A program made the position numbers and the translations under genes. A DNA stretch of 64,000 nt from positions 1,120,001-1,184,000 of the forward strand of contig CAVWHX010000004.1 in NCBI GenBank assembly GCA_963754925.1. The letters are read 5' to 3'. Shown here piece after piece: positions 38,918 to 49,012 of this stretch (position 1 is the first letter of the stretch; each line of letters opens with the position of its first letter). The notes under the pieces are model-generated. The model was given only the letters and a program-made list of their open reading frames with translations. It was not told the DNA's origin and made no database searches. This stretch comes from an uncultured delta proteobacterium (GTDB lineage: Bacteria; Myxococcota; B64-G9).

Positions 38918-41812
38918 ATGGGTACGTTGATGCAGCGGTCGCTTTTGATCCTCATGGCGTTGGGTGTCGTGATTTTGACGATGGTTGGCTGCGGTAGCAG
39001 CGGACCGGATTGCCCGGTGCCTCAGGTCATGTGCTCCCGCGTCTGCGTGAACCTCGCGAGAGATGTCGAAAACTGCGGAATGTGCGGAACGGCCTGCGCC
39101 GCTGGCAAGGTGTGCAATGGCGCCGGTGTTTGTGCGCTATCCTGCCAGTCCGGCCTCGCCAACTGCAACGGCGAGTGTGTCAATTTGCTCACTGACAACC
39201 GCTACTGCAGCGCAACTAGCACTTGTGGCACGGGTTGCGCAGCAGGCAATGTCTGCAATGGTTCAGGGGTCTGCACGCTCTCTTGCCAGTCCGGCCTCGC
39301 CAACTGCAACGGCGAGTGTGTCAATTTGCTCACTGACAACCGCTACTGCAGCGCAACTAGCACTTGTGGCACGGGTTGCGCTACAGGCAATGTTTGCAAT
39401 GGTTCAGGGGTCTGCACGCTCTCTTGCCAGTCCAGCCTTACCAACTGCAACGGCGAGTGTGTCAATTTGCTTACCGACAATCGCTTCTGCGGCGCAACTA
39501 GCACCTGCGGCACGGGTTGCGCTACAGGCAATGTTTGCAATGGTTCAGGGGTCTGCACGCTCTCTTGCCAATCCAGCCTTACCAACTGCAACGGCGAGTG
39601 CGTCAACCTGCTCACCGACAACCGCTTCTGCAGTGCGGAGGGCACCTGCGGCACGGGTTGCGCTACAGGCAATGTCTGCAATGGTTCAGGCGTCTGCGCG
39701 CTCTCTTGCCAGTCCAGCCTTACCAACTGCAACGGCGAGTGCGTCAATTTGCTCACCGACAACCGCTTCTGCAGTGCGGAGGGCACCTGCGGCACGGGTT
39801 GCGCTTCTGGCAATGTCTGCAATGGTTCAGGCGTCTGCGCGCTCTCTTGCCAGTCCAGCCTTACCAACTGCAACGGCGAGTGTGTCAATTTGCTCACCGA
39901 CAACCGCTTCTGCAGTGCGGAGGGCACCTGCGGCACGGGTTGCGCTTCTGGCAATGTCTGCAATGGTTCAGGCGTCTGCGCGCTCTCTTGCCAGTCCAGC
40001 CTTACCAACTGCAACGGCGAGTGCGTCAATTTGCTCACTGACAACCGCTTCTGCAGTGCGGAGGGCACCTGCGGTACGGGTTGCGCTACAGGCAATGTTT
40101 GCAATGGTTCAGGGGTCTGCATGCTCTCTTGCCAGTCCAGCCTCACCAACTGCAACGGCGAGTGCGTCAATTTGCTCACTGACAACCGCTACTGCAGCGC
40201 AACTAGCACCTGCGGCACGGGTTGTGCTTCTGGCAATGTCTGCAACGGTTCAGGCGTTTGCGCGCTCTCTTGCCAGTCCAGCCTCACCAACTGCAACGGC
40301 GAGTGCGTCAACCTGCTCACCGACAACCGCTACTGCAGCGCAACCAGCACCTGCGGCACGGGTTGTGCTTCTGGCAATGTTTGTAATGGTTCAGGCGTTT
40401 GCGCGCTCTCTTGCCAGTCCAGCCTCACCAACTGCAACGGCGAGTGCGTCAACCTGCTCACTGACAACCGCTACTGCAGCGCAACTAGCACCTGCGGCAC
40501 AGGTTGTGCTTCTGGCAATGTCTGCAACGGTTCAGGCGTTTGCGCGCTCTCTTGCCAATCCGGCCTCACCAACTGCAACGACGAGTGCGTCAACCTGCTC
40601 ACCGACAACCGTTTCTGCAGCGCAACTAGCACCTGTGGCACCGGTTGCGCTTCTGGCAATGTCTGCAATGGTTCAGGCGTCTGCGCACTCTCCTGCCAGT
40701 CAGGGCTTACGAACTGCAACAGTGAGTGCGTCAACCTGCTCACCGATAACCGATACTGCAGCGCAACTAGCACCTGTGGCACCGGTTGCGCTTCGGGCAA
40801 TGTCTGCAATGGTTCAGGCGTCTGCGCACTCTCCTGCCAGTCCGGCCTCACCAACTGCAACGGGACCTGCACCAGTACGAGCTTCGACCCGAACAACTGC
40901 GGAGGCTGCGGGACGGTTTGCACACACTCCCAAGCTTGCGTCTCCAGCGTCTGCGAAGATCTGAAATGGACGGGTACTCGCAGCTTCAACAACTGCAGTG
41001 CCAGCGGGCGTAGCGGTCCGAGTCAGGGGCAGTGCGACACTGCCTACACCTCGACAACGCTCGCGGGCGAGGTGACTGTATCCGGGGGCGTCCAGAGCTG
41101 GACGGTTCCGTTGACCGCCACCTATAGCATCGAGGCTTGGGGTGCGCAGGGCGCTTCCGCCGTCAGCACTCTCTCCGGCGGCAGCGGAGCTCGCATGCGC
41201 GGTGACTTCGCCCTCACCGCGGGCCAGGTGCTGCAAATCGTCGTGGGCCAGCAGGGGCTCGGCCAAGGTTCCGGATCGAACGGCGGCGGCGGCGGCGCCT
41301 CCTACGTCGTTATCTCCGGCGGCTCGCTGCTCCTCGCCGCAGGCGGCGGCGGCGGGACGCGGACCGCTGCCTCCCGCAACGGCTTCGATGCGGTCGCCGG
41401 CACCGCAGGCGTGGCGGGTCGGGTCTCTTCGGACGGCAGCAGCGGTGCCGTCTGTGCCGGCGGCACCGGCGGCGGCGGCGGCGGCTACTGCGATTCTTGG
41501 GGTGCCGGTGGGGGTGGCTACACCGGCAACGGCGCCGACGACTCCGGGTACGGCACGGGCGGACTCTCGTTCACCAACGGTTCGGTCGGAGGGACGCGCG
41601 CTAGTAGTTGCAGCCCCGCTGCCGACGGCGGCTTCGGCGGCGGCGGCTCCGGCAACGGCTGCGACGGCGGCGGCGGTGGCGGTGGCTACTCGGGCGGCGG
41701 CGGCGGCTGGGTCGCCGGCGGCGGCGGCTCCTACAACAGCGGCGCCAACCAGTCCAACTCCGACGGCGCCCGCACCGGCAACGGCCTCGTGACCATCGAC
41801 CTCGCCCTCTAG
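38918..41812 (+). CDS. lipoprotein with Cys-rich tandem repeats and a C-terminal ALK/LTK-like glycine-rich domain
   Basis: Lipobox MVGC; 12 x 47-aa repeats with 8 Cys each; FNNCSASGRSGPSQGQCDTAY...WTVP...GAQG...VGQQG...AAGGGG. Confidence 0.8.
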   Translation: MGTLMQRSLLILMALGVVILTMVGCGSSGPDCPVPQVMCSRVCVNLARDVENCGMCGTACAAGKVCNGAGVCALSCQSGLANCNGECVNLLTDNRYCSATSTCGTGCAAGNVCNGSGVCTLSCQSGLANCNGECVNLLTDNRYCSATSTCGTGCATGNVCNGSGVCTLSCQSSLTNCNGECVNLLTDNRFCGATSTCGTGCATGNVCNGSGVCTLSCQSSLTNCNGECVNLLTDNRFCSAEGTCGTGCATGNVCNGSGVCALSCQSSLTNCNGECVNLLTDNRFCSAEGTCGTGCASGNVCNGSGVCALSCQSSLTNCNGECVNLLTDNRFCSAEGTCGTGCASGNVCNGSGVCALSCQSSLTNCNGECVNLLTDNRFCSAEGTCGTGCATGNVCNGSGVCMLSCQSSLTNCNGECVNLLTDNRYCSATSTCGTGCASGNVCNGSGVCALSCQSSLTNCNGECVNLLTDNRYCSATSTCGTGCASGNVCNGSGVCALSCQSSLTNCNGECVNLLTDNRYCSATSTCGTGCASGNVCNGSGVCALSCQSGLTNCNDECVNLLTDNRFCSATSTCGTGCASGNVCNGSGVCALSCQSGLTNCNSECVNLLTDNRYCSATSTCGTGCASGNVCNGSGVCALSCQSGLTNCNGTCTSTSFDPNNCGGCGTVCTHSQACVSSVCEDLKWTGTRSFNNCSASGRSGPSQGQCDTAYTSTTLAGEVTVSGGVQSWTVPLTATYSIEAWGAQGASAVSTLSGGSGARMRGDFALTAGQVLQIVVGQQGLGQGSGSNGGGGGASYVVISGGSLLLAAGGGGGTRTAASRNGFDAVAGTAGVAGRVSSDGSSGAVCAGGTGGGGGGYCDSWGAGGGGYTGNGADDSGYGTGGLSFTNGSVGGTRASSCSPAADGGFGGGGSGNGCDGGGGGGGYSGGGGGWVAGGGGSYNSGANQSNSDGARTGNGLVTIDLAL
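39113..40865 (+). repeat. 12 full copies plus 1 partial copy of a 141-bp coding tandem repeat
   Basis: Period 141 bp (tgcaatgg at 39113 and 40805 = 12 x 141). Confidence 0.93.
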
Positions 41813-41893
41813 TTATGGATAGGAGGATAGCTAATAACGGTCATCCATGAGAAGGTTTTCTCAATGGGTAAAACGTATCCATCCGTCCTGTTT

Positions 41894-43453
41894 TCACCCA
41901 CCGCACACTTCATCCTGTTCGATCTTGCATAGCGTCCAGTCGAACTGACCGTTGGTTAGATGCGCGTCGCAGTATTCGCAGCGGCCGTTCATGGCGACTT
42001 TGACCGGCGCCCCGCAGCTTGGGCAGTGCTGGGTGTCGGCAATCTTTGTGGGATCGAATCCGGTGCGCCGCAAAAAGGTCCAATATTCCGAGAAGCTACG
42101 GGACTTTTTTTCTGACCCGCTGATAAGCCGGCCTTTTGAGTCCATCGTATAATCGATCATAGAAGCAAAGATTCGATAGGTAACGATCTCATAAAAAGCG
42201 TCCCGATCGAGCTTGACCAGCTCCAGGCGGGAAATCTGAATTTGATCGAGGATATTGCGATAGCCTTTTTCCTTGTAGCGCTCCATCCAGAAAAGGTGCA
42301 TTTGGAAAAGCCGGTCGGTCTCAAAAGCCCTTGCCTGCTCCCAGTGGTTGCTGGTCCAGGCTTGTTGGAGCGTCATAAAAATGTTCCTTACGCGTTCCTC
42401 GATCCGGGCGAGCGTCTCGCCGTGGTAACGTAGCAGGAAGCTTTTACATTCTACCGCGAGCGCAGGATCGTGCACGGTCTGCAGCTTGGTGCCGATCTCC
42501 TCGCCGCCAAATGAGAGCGGTAGAGCCGCCCGAGGGGTGCGCTGCAGCTCGGTGACCGCTCGAAGCTCCCAATGAAATATGCCCGGCCGCACCGCCTGAC
42601 CGCAGTAGGCGCAGACGCCCTCGGTATCGAGTTTGACCGGACTTCCGCACGAGGGGCAACCGAGGGTAGCCATCTCCTCTGGTTTTTTTGATGCCACGCC
42701 GGCCGCTCGGCTGAATGTCAACGCGCAACGGGAATAGTATGCTTCCTCGGATGCGCTTGTGTCCGAGGACGCGATCTTCTCGGTGTAGTTGGCGTCAAGC
42801 TCGCAGGTGATTTTCCAGAAATTATCTTCCTCCGACAGATCGGCGATGTTGACGGTAGCGACTATCACACTGTGGACCTGAAGATTTTTTTGTGCCCCCG
42901 ATTCTTCAAGGTTGGATAGCAGCTCGGCCGACAGGTAGGGGCGTAACGCCTCGTGCTCGTTGCTCCCGCGTTCTGTTTGGTACCGCGTAAAGATCATTTG
43001 CACAAAGTCTAAGAAGAGAATTTCGGAAAAGTATGGGTCAACTTCTTGCAACTGCTTGATTGCCGTGAGCACCGACGAGCGTCGATCAACAGTCTGTTGG
43101 ACCCCCGTTGACAGCGCTTCCGGTCCCAGCACGGCGCCGGACGATTTGCTTTTCAGATAGCTCATAAACACGAAGCCGACAATGATGAGGACCGGAACAC
43201 CAAGAACAGGATGATTGATCAACAAGTAGATGAGCAGCGCAATTGCGGCGCCGCCGTCGTTGCTTCCCCCCCCAAAATCGTGTCCGCTGCCGCCGCCCCC
43301 AAAGCTTCCCCCCCCTCCAAAACTACCGCCGCCGCCGAAGCTTTCTCCGCCTCCCACCCGACCGAGGACGGACGTTGAGAAAAGAACGCATGCTAACAAT
43401 AGAATAAGTGGTCCGAGGGACAAGAGCTTTCTGAAGAATTTCTTGCGCCTCAT
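41894..43453 (-). CDS. Tim44-like domain membrane protein with zinc ribbons
   Basis: Gly-rich RVGGGESFGGG leader, TM hairpin, two Tim44-like halves (FSEYWTFLR), CPSCG...CxYC twice. Confidence 0.75.
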   Translation of the reverse strand: MRRKKFFRKLLSLGPLILLLACVLFSTSVLGRVGGGESFGGGGSFGGGGSFGGGGSGHDFGGGSNDGGAAIALLIYLLINHPVLGVPVLIIVGFVFMSYLKSKSSGAVLGPEALSTGVQQTVDRRSSVLTAIKQLQEVDPYFSEILFLDFVQMIFTRYQTERGSNEHEALRPYLSAELLSNLEESGAQKNLQVHSVIVATVNIADLSEEDNFWKITCELDANYTEKIASSDTSASEEAYYSRCALTFSRAAGVASKKPEEMATLGCPSCGSPVKLDTEGVCAYCGQAVRPGIFHWELRAVTELQRTPRAALPLSFGGEEIGTKLQTVHDPALAVECKSFLLRYHGETLARIEERVRNIFMTLQQAWTSNHWEQARAFETDRLFQMHLFWMERYKEKGYRNILDQIQISRLELVKLDRDAFYEIVTYRIFASMIDYTMDSKGRLISGSEKKSRSFSEYWTFLRRTGFDPTKIADTQHCPSCGAPVKVAMNGRCEYCDAHLTNGQFDWTLCKIEQDEVCGG

Positions 43454-44109
43454 CTAATCACCACCGGACGGTTAGAGATCTCGTTGACGTCATCGGGAGG
43501 CCGTGGCAGCTTTTCGTCGAACAGTTTCTTAAGCGGTTGCAGCGCCGGTTCAAATGCAGCTGGAAAGCTTTGAAAGAGGGGAAGCCATTCAAATTCCTTT
43601 TTGGCGGCCTGCAGGACCGTCCGTGGAACACGCTTTTCGATGCCCACATCCCAGAGCAGTATAACCATCTGCTCCAACCACGATATATACACTAACACGC
43701 CGGTGCGCTCGCGAGTGAGCGACACCCCGCGGTTTACGAATACTGCTTCGGCCGCTTCATGCACCCGAGCGTTCCGACGGCGGTGGCTGACCAAGAGCCG
43801 CGTCAGACGTGGGAACGCTTTGCCGACCAGCCACCCAAATGCAAAGGCCACGACCGTATCCAACCAAAACCAGGAAGCGTTGAATTGGATAGGGAGGTAT
43901 ACCACCAGCAACAATACCACCAACGCGCAGAGTGCCCCGATTTTATAAGGGACGTCCGCGTACGCATCAGACCGACGCGCCAGGGCGAACACCAGTTCGG
44001 CCGATGAATCGGCTTCAAAATCCGACGCCACCTTTTCTAAAATGTTAAGTGTTCTTTTGTGATAATGCATCGTCATGCCCAAAAAAATGAAGCTGCCGCC
44101 GTTCGGCAC
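43450..44109 (-). CDS. TPM (DUF477) domain membrane protein
   Basis: SSAELV...RSDAY, TRERTGVLVYIS, DVNEISNRP. Confidence 0.78.
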   Translation of the reverse strand: MPNGGSFIFLGMTMHYHKRTLNILEKVASDFEADSSAELVFALARRSDAYADVPYKIGALCALVVLLLVVYLPIQFNASWFWLDTVVAFAFGWLVGKAFPRLTRLLVSHRRRNARVHEAAEAVFVNRGVSLTRERTGVLVYISWLEQMVILLWDVGIEKRVPRTVLQAAKKEFEWLPLFQSFPAAFEPALQPLKKLFDEKLPRPPDDVNEISNRPVVIR

Positions 44110-44150
44110 ATATACCTATCACGCCAGCGGGGGAGCAGACAAAGGATTTT

Positions 44151-44217
44151 GGTAGTGGGTCAGTTTGCCGTGTCGTTCAACGAACACCCAGAGCCTACAT
44201 GAAAATGACTTACTACC
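44151..44217. repeat. 67-bp GGTAGTGGGTCAGTTTG-type element
   Basis: Same length as, and homologous to, 5499-5565; imperfect terminal IR ggtagt..gtca / tgac..actacc. Confidence 0.75.
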
Positions 44218-44258
44218 AACAATTGTGGTTTTGTAACAGTTTGTTATTCTCCGTGATT

Positions 44259-46208
44259 ATGGTTAAGCGAGCTGTTTCGCGCACTCAAGTTTCTCGGCAT
44301 TCTCTTTTAGGGCTGGGGGCCTTTTTGGGGCTACTTCTGTTTCATCATCCTGCGAAAGCAGGTCTTATCGATGTGTTGCGCCAGGCCGAACAGGCCACGG
44401 CTTCTGGAAATGCTTCTCAAGCATTGAGTCTGTATCTGAGCACCCTTTCCGAAATCAGACGAGCGCCAGCGGAGTTGCGCGACAGTGCGCTTAGAGGTTT
44501 GTTTGCAACCTGTCAGATATTACTCCATAAAAATGAGTTTGAACCAGCCCTCAACGGGTTAGAAGCGCTGTTACCGCTGACCCGCCCATCGGTTGGGGCC
44601 GATAGCCTTGCGGTCAAGGTGCGCGATAGCCTCCACGGCGCGGCGGTGGATCTCTTGGACCTGCACCGTCCGCGTGAGGCCATTTCCGTGTTGCACCTGC
44701 TGCTTTCCGACGGATCGGCCAATCCACTGCGCTACGCGTTATTGTCACGGGCTTTGATCGAGGCGCACGAGATTGAGCGCGGTAGCGATGTCCTGCGGCA
44801 GGCGCAGAAGCTGTACCCCCATGCGCCTGAACTGCTATTTACGCAAGCTACTCTCGCCAGCGCCTTGGCTGAGGTGGCGGTAGGACGTTCGGCGTATCCG
44901 GCCGCGGCGCGGATGCTTAGCGAAACGGCTTCGTTACTTGAAAAGGCCCTAAGGACGATGCCCCATCAACCTGAGATCTACCATGCACTGGGCAAGCTCT
45001 ATGCCGCCTTGACGACGGTATACCAGGCAACTGGTCAGACTCGGCTCGCGTTACAGTCACAGGGCGCGGCAGAAGAGGCGTACGCCAATGCCGTGCAGGT
45101 GGATCCGCAACACCCCGACATTGCCTTCGAGTTCGGCGGTCTGCTGTTTTCAGCCCAGGATTGGACGTATGCGCGAGAGCTCTTTGACGAGGCCTTGCGC
45201 CGCTATCAAGCGCGAACTTCTGCAAACCTGTCAACCAGCGCGCGCGCCGCCGAACGCCGCAATCGGCAGCGCTGCCGGGAGAACATCATCGCCACCTATT
45301 ATTATCAAACGCTGGATGCCGCGCAGGCTGGTTTGTTTGAGCGCGCCCGTACCTATCTCAATGCCGCGGTGCGGCGCTTCCCGATGTACGCACCCGAAGC
45401 TTCCCGGCTGAGACAGATGTTTGCTGAATATGAACGCTCCCCGGCAGTTCACGTGGCCGCACCCGCGACCGTTTCCGTGCTACCCGACCAACCGCGCGAG
45501 ATGCATGTGCAGGTCGGTTCGCTGGCTGTCGATCTCATCGTCTCTGATCAGGTTGATGTGGATGTGCTCGGCTCACTACTCGAAAAGGCGCACGCCTTGA
45601 CCGAAGGGTTCTTTTCGTATCGACTGATGGGGCCCGTGAGTATCCGGGTCTTTGCAAACCATCGAGCGTTCGGGGAATGGCTTGGACCGTGGCTCAGCGG
45701 GACCCGGGACAGTTTTTATGCGTGCGGTCGTAGTGTGCTCTACCTGGGGCCGGATCGCAGTCGTACGGCCTGGCTGCGGTTGCTCAGGCACGCGTTGGCC
45801 AAGCGTTACATTGACGAAATGAGCTTCATGCGCGCCCCGCAATGGTTACAGGAGGGGCTCTCGCGCTTGGCCTCGGCTCCGTGGACAGAGGCCGATCAAG
45901 CGAGCTTTTTAGCTCTTGCACGCGCCGGCGGGTTGGTTTCGTGGCAGGAGCTTAGTCGGCTGTTGGTCGAGAACTGGCACGAGCCTGGAGTGTTAGAAAA
46001 GCTGTATCTGCAAGCGCACCACATCACCCAGTGGCTTCTGGAACGATACGGACGCGAGCGGATGACCATCCTCCTGTTTTCCTTGCGTGCCGGGGGAGAC
46101 CTGCCAACGGCGACGAAGGCGGCTTTTGGATTGGAGCTAGAGTCCCTCGAAGGTCTATGGCTGCGAGAGTTGCCGCGCTGGTCGGATGGAGTTGACAGCC
46201 CCCCATAA
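44259..46208 (+). CDS. TPR-repeat protein with degenerate peptidase MA-like domain
   Basis: Signal peptide, helical repeats, APQWLQEGL and LYLQA motifs; HExxH replaced by HALAK. Confidence 0.65.
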   Translation: MVKRAVSRTQVSRHSLLGLGAFLGLLLFHHPAKAGLIDVLRQAEQATASGNASQALSLYLSTLSEIRRAPAELRDSALRGLFATCQILLHKNEFEPALNGLEALLPLTRPSVGADSLAVKVRDSLHGAAVDLLDLHRPREAISVLHLLLSDGSANPLRYALLSRALIEAHEIERGSDVLRQAQKLYPHAPELLFTQATLASALAEVAVGRSAYPAAARMLSETASLLEKALRTMPHQPEIYHALGKLYAALTTVYQATGQTRLALQSQGAAEEAYANAVQVDPQHPDIAFEFGGLLFSAQDWTYARELFDEALRRYQARTSANLSTSARAAERRNRQRCRENIIATYYYQTLDAAQAGLFERARTYLNAAVRRFPMYAPEASRLRQMFAEYERSPAVHVAAPATVSVLPDQPREMHVQVGSLAVDLIVSDQVDVDVLGSLLEKAHALTEGFFSYRLMGPVSIRVFANHRAFGEWLGPWLSGTRDSFYACGRSVLYLGPDRSRTAWLRLLRHALAKRYIDEMSFMRAPQWLQEGLSRLASAPWTEADQASFLALARAGGLVSWQELSRLLVENWHEPGVLEKLYLQAHHITQWLLERYGRERMTILLFSLRAGGDLPTATKAAFGLELESLEGLWLRELPRWSDGVDSPP

Positions 46209-46267
46209 AGCTAGTGTAGTAGCCAATTGTTATTTTCTCGGTCGACGGAGCGACCAAGGAGCGCGCA

Positions 46268-48867
46268 ATGGATCAGACCACATCTCGATTTGTCGTATTG
46301 AAATTTGGCGGCACAAGCGTCGCAACGCCAGAGCGTTGGCAAACTATTATGGCCGAGGCGCATAAACGCCTGAGCGAGGGACTACGACCGGTGATAGTCT
46401 GTTCGGCGATCGCCAAGGCGTCGGATCAGCTCGAGCGCCTCGTGCATGAAGCGGTTGTCGGACAGCACGAGGCATTGCTTCGGCAAATCAAGCAGCGCCA
46501 TCTCGATCTGGCGACCGGACTCGGAATAGACGGTGCAACGGTGCTTGGCGCGGAGCTGGCCGAGATCGAACGGCTCGCCCTGGGCGCATCGCTGCTGCGC
46601 GATCTCAATCCGCGCCTGATCGCTCGGGTAATGGCCTTTGGTGAGTTGCTGTCTACCCGACTGGGAGCAGCCTTTTTCAACCTCAAGGGACTCAGCACGG
46701 TGTGGGTGGATGCCCGTGAGTGTTTTGTCGGCGTCCAAGAGTCGGGGGCCTCGGAAACGCGTCGGATTCTTTCAGCCAATGTCGATGATGCCTATGATCC
46801 GGCTCTGGTAAAACGTTTTCATGAATTGCCTCAACAGGTAATCATGACCCAGGGATTCATCGCCCGCGATGCGACAGGCGGCACCGTGCTCTTGGGACGA
46901 GGCGGATCGGACTGCTCGGCCGCTTATTTCGCGGCAAAACTCGCTGCGGTTCGGTGCGAGATTTGGACGGACGTGCCTGGCATATTCACCGCCGATCCGC
47001 GTTTGATTCCTTCGGCGCAATTATTGCGTACGGTTGGCTATAGCGAGGCCCAGGAAATCGCTTCCATGGGCGCGAAGGTGCTGCACCCGCGTTCGATCGC
47101 CCCGTGCCAGCGCCAGCGAATCCCGCTGCAGATCCGGTGGGTCGAGCATCCCGAATGCGAGGGAACGCTCATCGCCCGCAGCGATAAAACCGGCGTGGCC
47201 GAGGTGAAAGCGATCTGCCATAAAAAGGGAATAAGCCTCGTTGCGATGGACACCCCCGGCATGTGGCAACAGGCGGGCTTCTTGGCCGATGTTTTTGGTT
47301 GCTTCAAGGCGCGCGGGCTATCGGTTGACTTGGTTTCAACTTCCGAGATGAACATCACCGTGTCGTTGGATGCCGCCGCCAACACGCTTGATCCGCTCAC
47401 GCTCGAGGGTCTCCTGAGAGACCTTTCGCAGTATTGTCAAGCGCGGGTGATTGGTCCGTGCGCGGCGGTAAGTCTCGTCGGACGCGGCATCCGCGCGATC
47501 TTGCACCGCCTCGGAGACGTCCTCGAACTGTTCGAAGAACAACGCATTCACCTGGTCTCGCAGGCGGCTTCGGATCTCAACTTAACCTTCGTGGTGGATG
47601 AGGATCAAGCCGAGCGTTTGGTGCACGATCTGCACTCGTTGCTGTTTGCCGAACGCCGTACCGGCAGCGGCTTTGGCGCAAGTTGGAAGCAGTTATGCGA
47701 AGGAGACGCCCCCCGCGCGCAAACGGAAACCACCGGCTGGTGGGAAGGGCGTCGGGCGGAGCTGTTGGAGCTTGCCGCGCAAGCGACTCCGCTCTTCGTC
47801 TACGATCTTGAGACCGTGCGGCAGGCCGTAGCGGATCTGCGCGGTCTAACGGCCTTGGATCGCCTGTTTTATTCGGTCAAGGCAAACGCCAACGTTGAGG
47901 TGCTGCGGTTCCTAGAAAAAGCCGGATTTGGGTTTGAGTGTGTTTCGCCGGGCGAGATTGCTTTGGTGCGGGAATTGTTCCCCAAGCTTGCTCCGAGCCG
48001 TATCCTCTTCACGCCGAACTTCGTTCCCCGCAGTGAATATACGGCGGCTCTCTCCCTCGGCGCGTACGTCACCGTCGATAACATGTATGTTTTAGAGCGC
48101 TGGCCCGAGCTCTTAACAAACGTGACATCCTCGTCCGACTGGATCCGGGATACGGCTCTGGACATCACGCCCATGTCCGCACGGGCGGCGGCCAGTCCAA
48201 ATTTGGCATACCGGTTGATGATCTCGATCAGCTTGCGCGGCTGTCAGAAAAAGCTTCGGCGACTATCATTGGGCTGCACGTCCATGTGGGTTCGGGTATC
48301 TTTGATCCACAGACGTGGAGTCAAAACGCCTTGTTTTTATTGGAGGCGGTCGAGCGCTTTCCACGGGCGAAAGTCCTTGTTTTGGGCGGCGGCCTGGGTG
48401 TTCCCGAGAAGCCCGGACAGGCGCCGCTGGATCTGGTTGCGTTGGGCGAGGCGTTGGCCAGGGTAAAAGCCGCACATCCGGGCTATGAATTCTGGCTCGA
48501 GCCCGGTCGCTATCTGGTAGCCCAGGCAGGTGTGCTGCTTGGTCGGGTGAGTCAGATCAAGCGCAAGGGCGAGGTGCTCTTTGTGGGGACCGACGTTGGC
48601 ATGAACTCTCTTATTCGCCCTGTGCTCTACGGCGCTCACCACCAGATCTTTAATCTGTCGCGTCTCGGCGAGGCGCCGAGCATGACCGCGCACATTGTCG
48701 GGCCGATCTGCGAGTCGGGCGATATACTGGGCCACAGTCGGCGCATTCCCAACGCCCGCGAGGGGGATGTGCTGCTGTTTGCCACCGTGGGAGCCTACGG
48801 CCGGGCAATGAGTTCGCACTATAACTTACGCGATCCGGCGGCCGAGCGGATTTTACAGGTTCGGTGA
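46268..48867 (+). CDS. lysAC: bifunctional aspartate kinase / diaminopimelate decarboxylase, frameshifted near 48114
   Basis: KFGGTSV, LGRGGSD, ACT domains; YSVKAN, SKFG, LHVHVGSG, EPGRYLV, GPICESGD. Confidence 0.9.
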
Positions 48868-48893
48868 ACGACCCCACATTAAGGCTAGAAGAT

Positions 48894-48989
48894 TGGATTC
48901 CAGCCAGGCCGCACGCCGCCTGCGCGGGAATGACCTATTACGTTAGGTCATAAGGATGGTAGTCGTCCCCGCGAAAGCGGGGATCCAGT
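48894..48989. repeat. REP-like doublet, first copy with a 15-bp insert
   Basis: tggattcc[agccaggccgcacgc]cgcctgcgcgggaatgac and gtcgtccccgcgaaagcggggatccag. Confidence 0.78.
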
Positions 48990-49012
48990 ACGAGGTTCTG
49001 CGGTGGTCACCA

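Noticed and set aside
39113..40865. 141-bp array as CRISPR or DGR template/variable repeats
   Set aside because: Contiguous in-frame coding repeats; differences are not adenine-specific; no reverse transcriptase in the window
39063..40992. Long alternative-frame and antisense ORFs over the repeat gene
   Set aside because: Shadows of a stop-free tandem repeat
48100..48130. Programmed frameshift giving LysC versus LysC-LysA
   Set aside because: The break falls inside the decarboxylase domain, has no slippery heptamer, and matches the error pattern in six other genes
48956..49012. N-terminal extension of the alcohol dehydrogenase (MVVVPAKAGIQ)
   Set aside because: Translated REP; the family-typical start MRAW is at 49013
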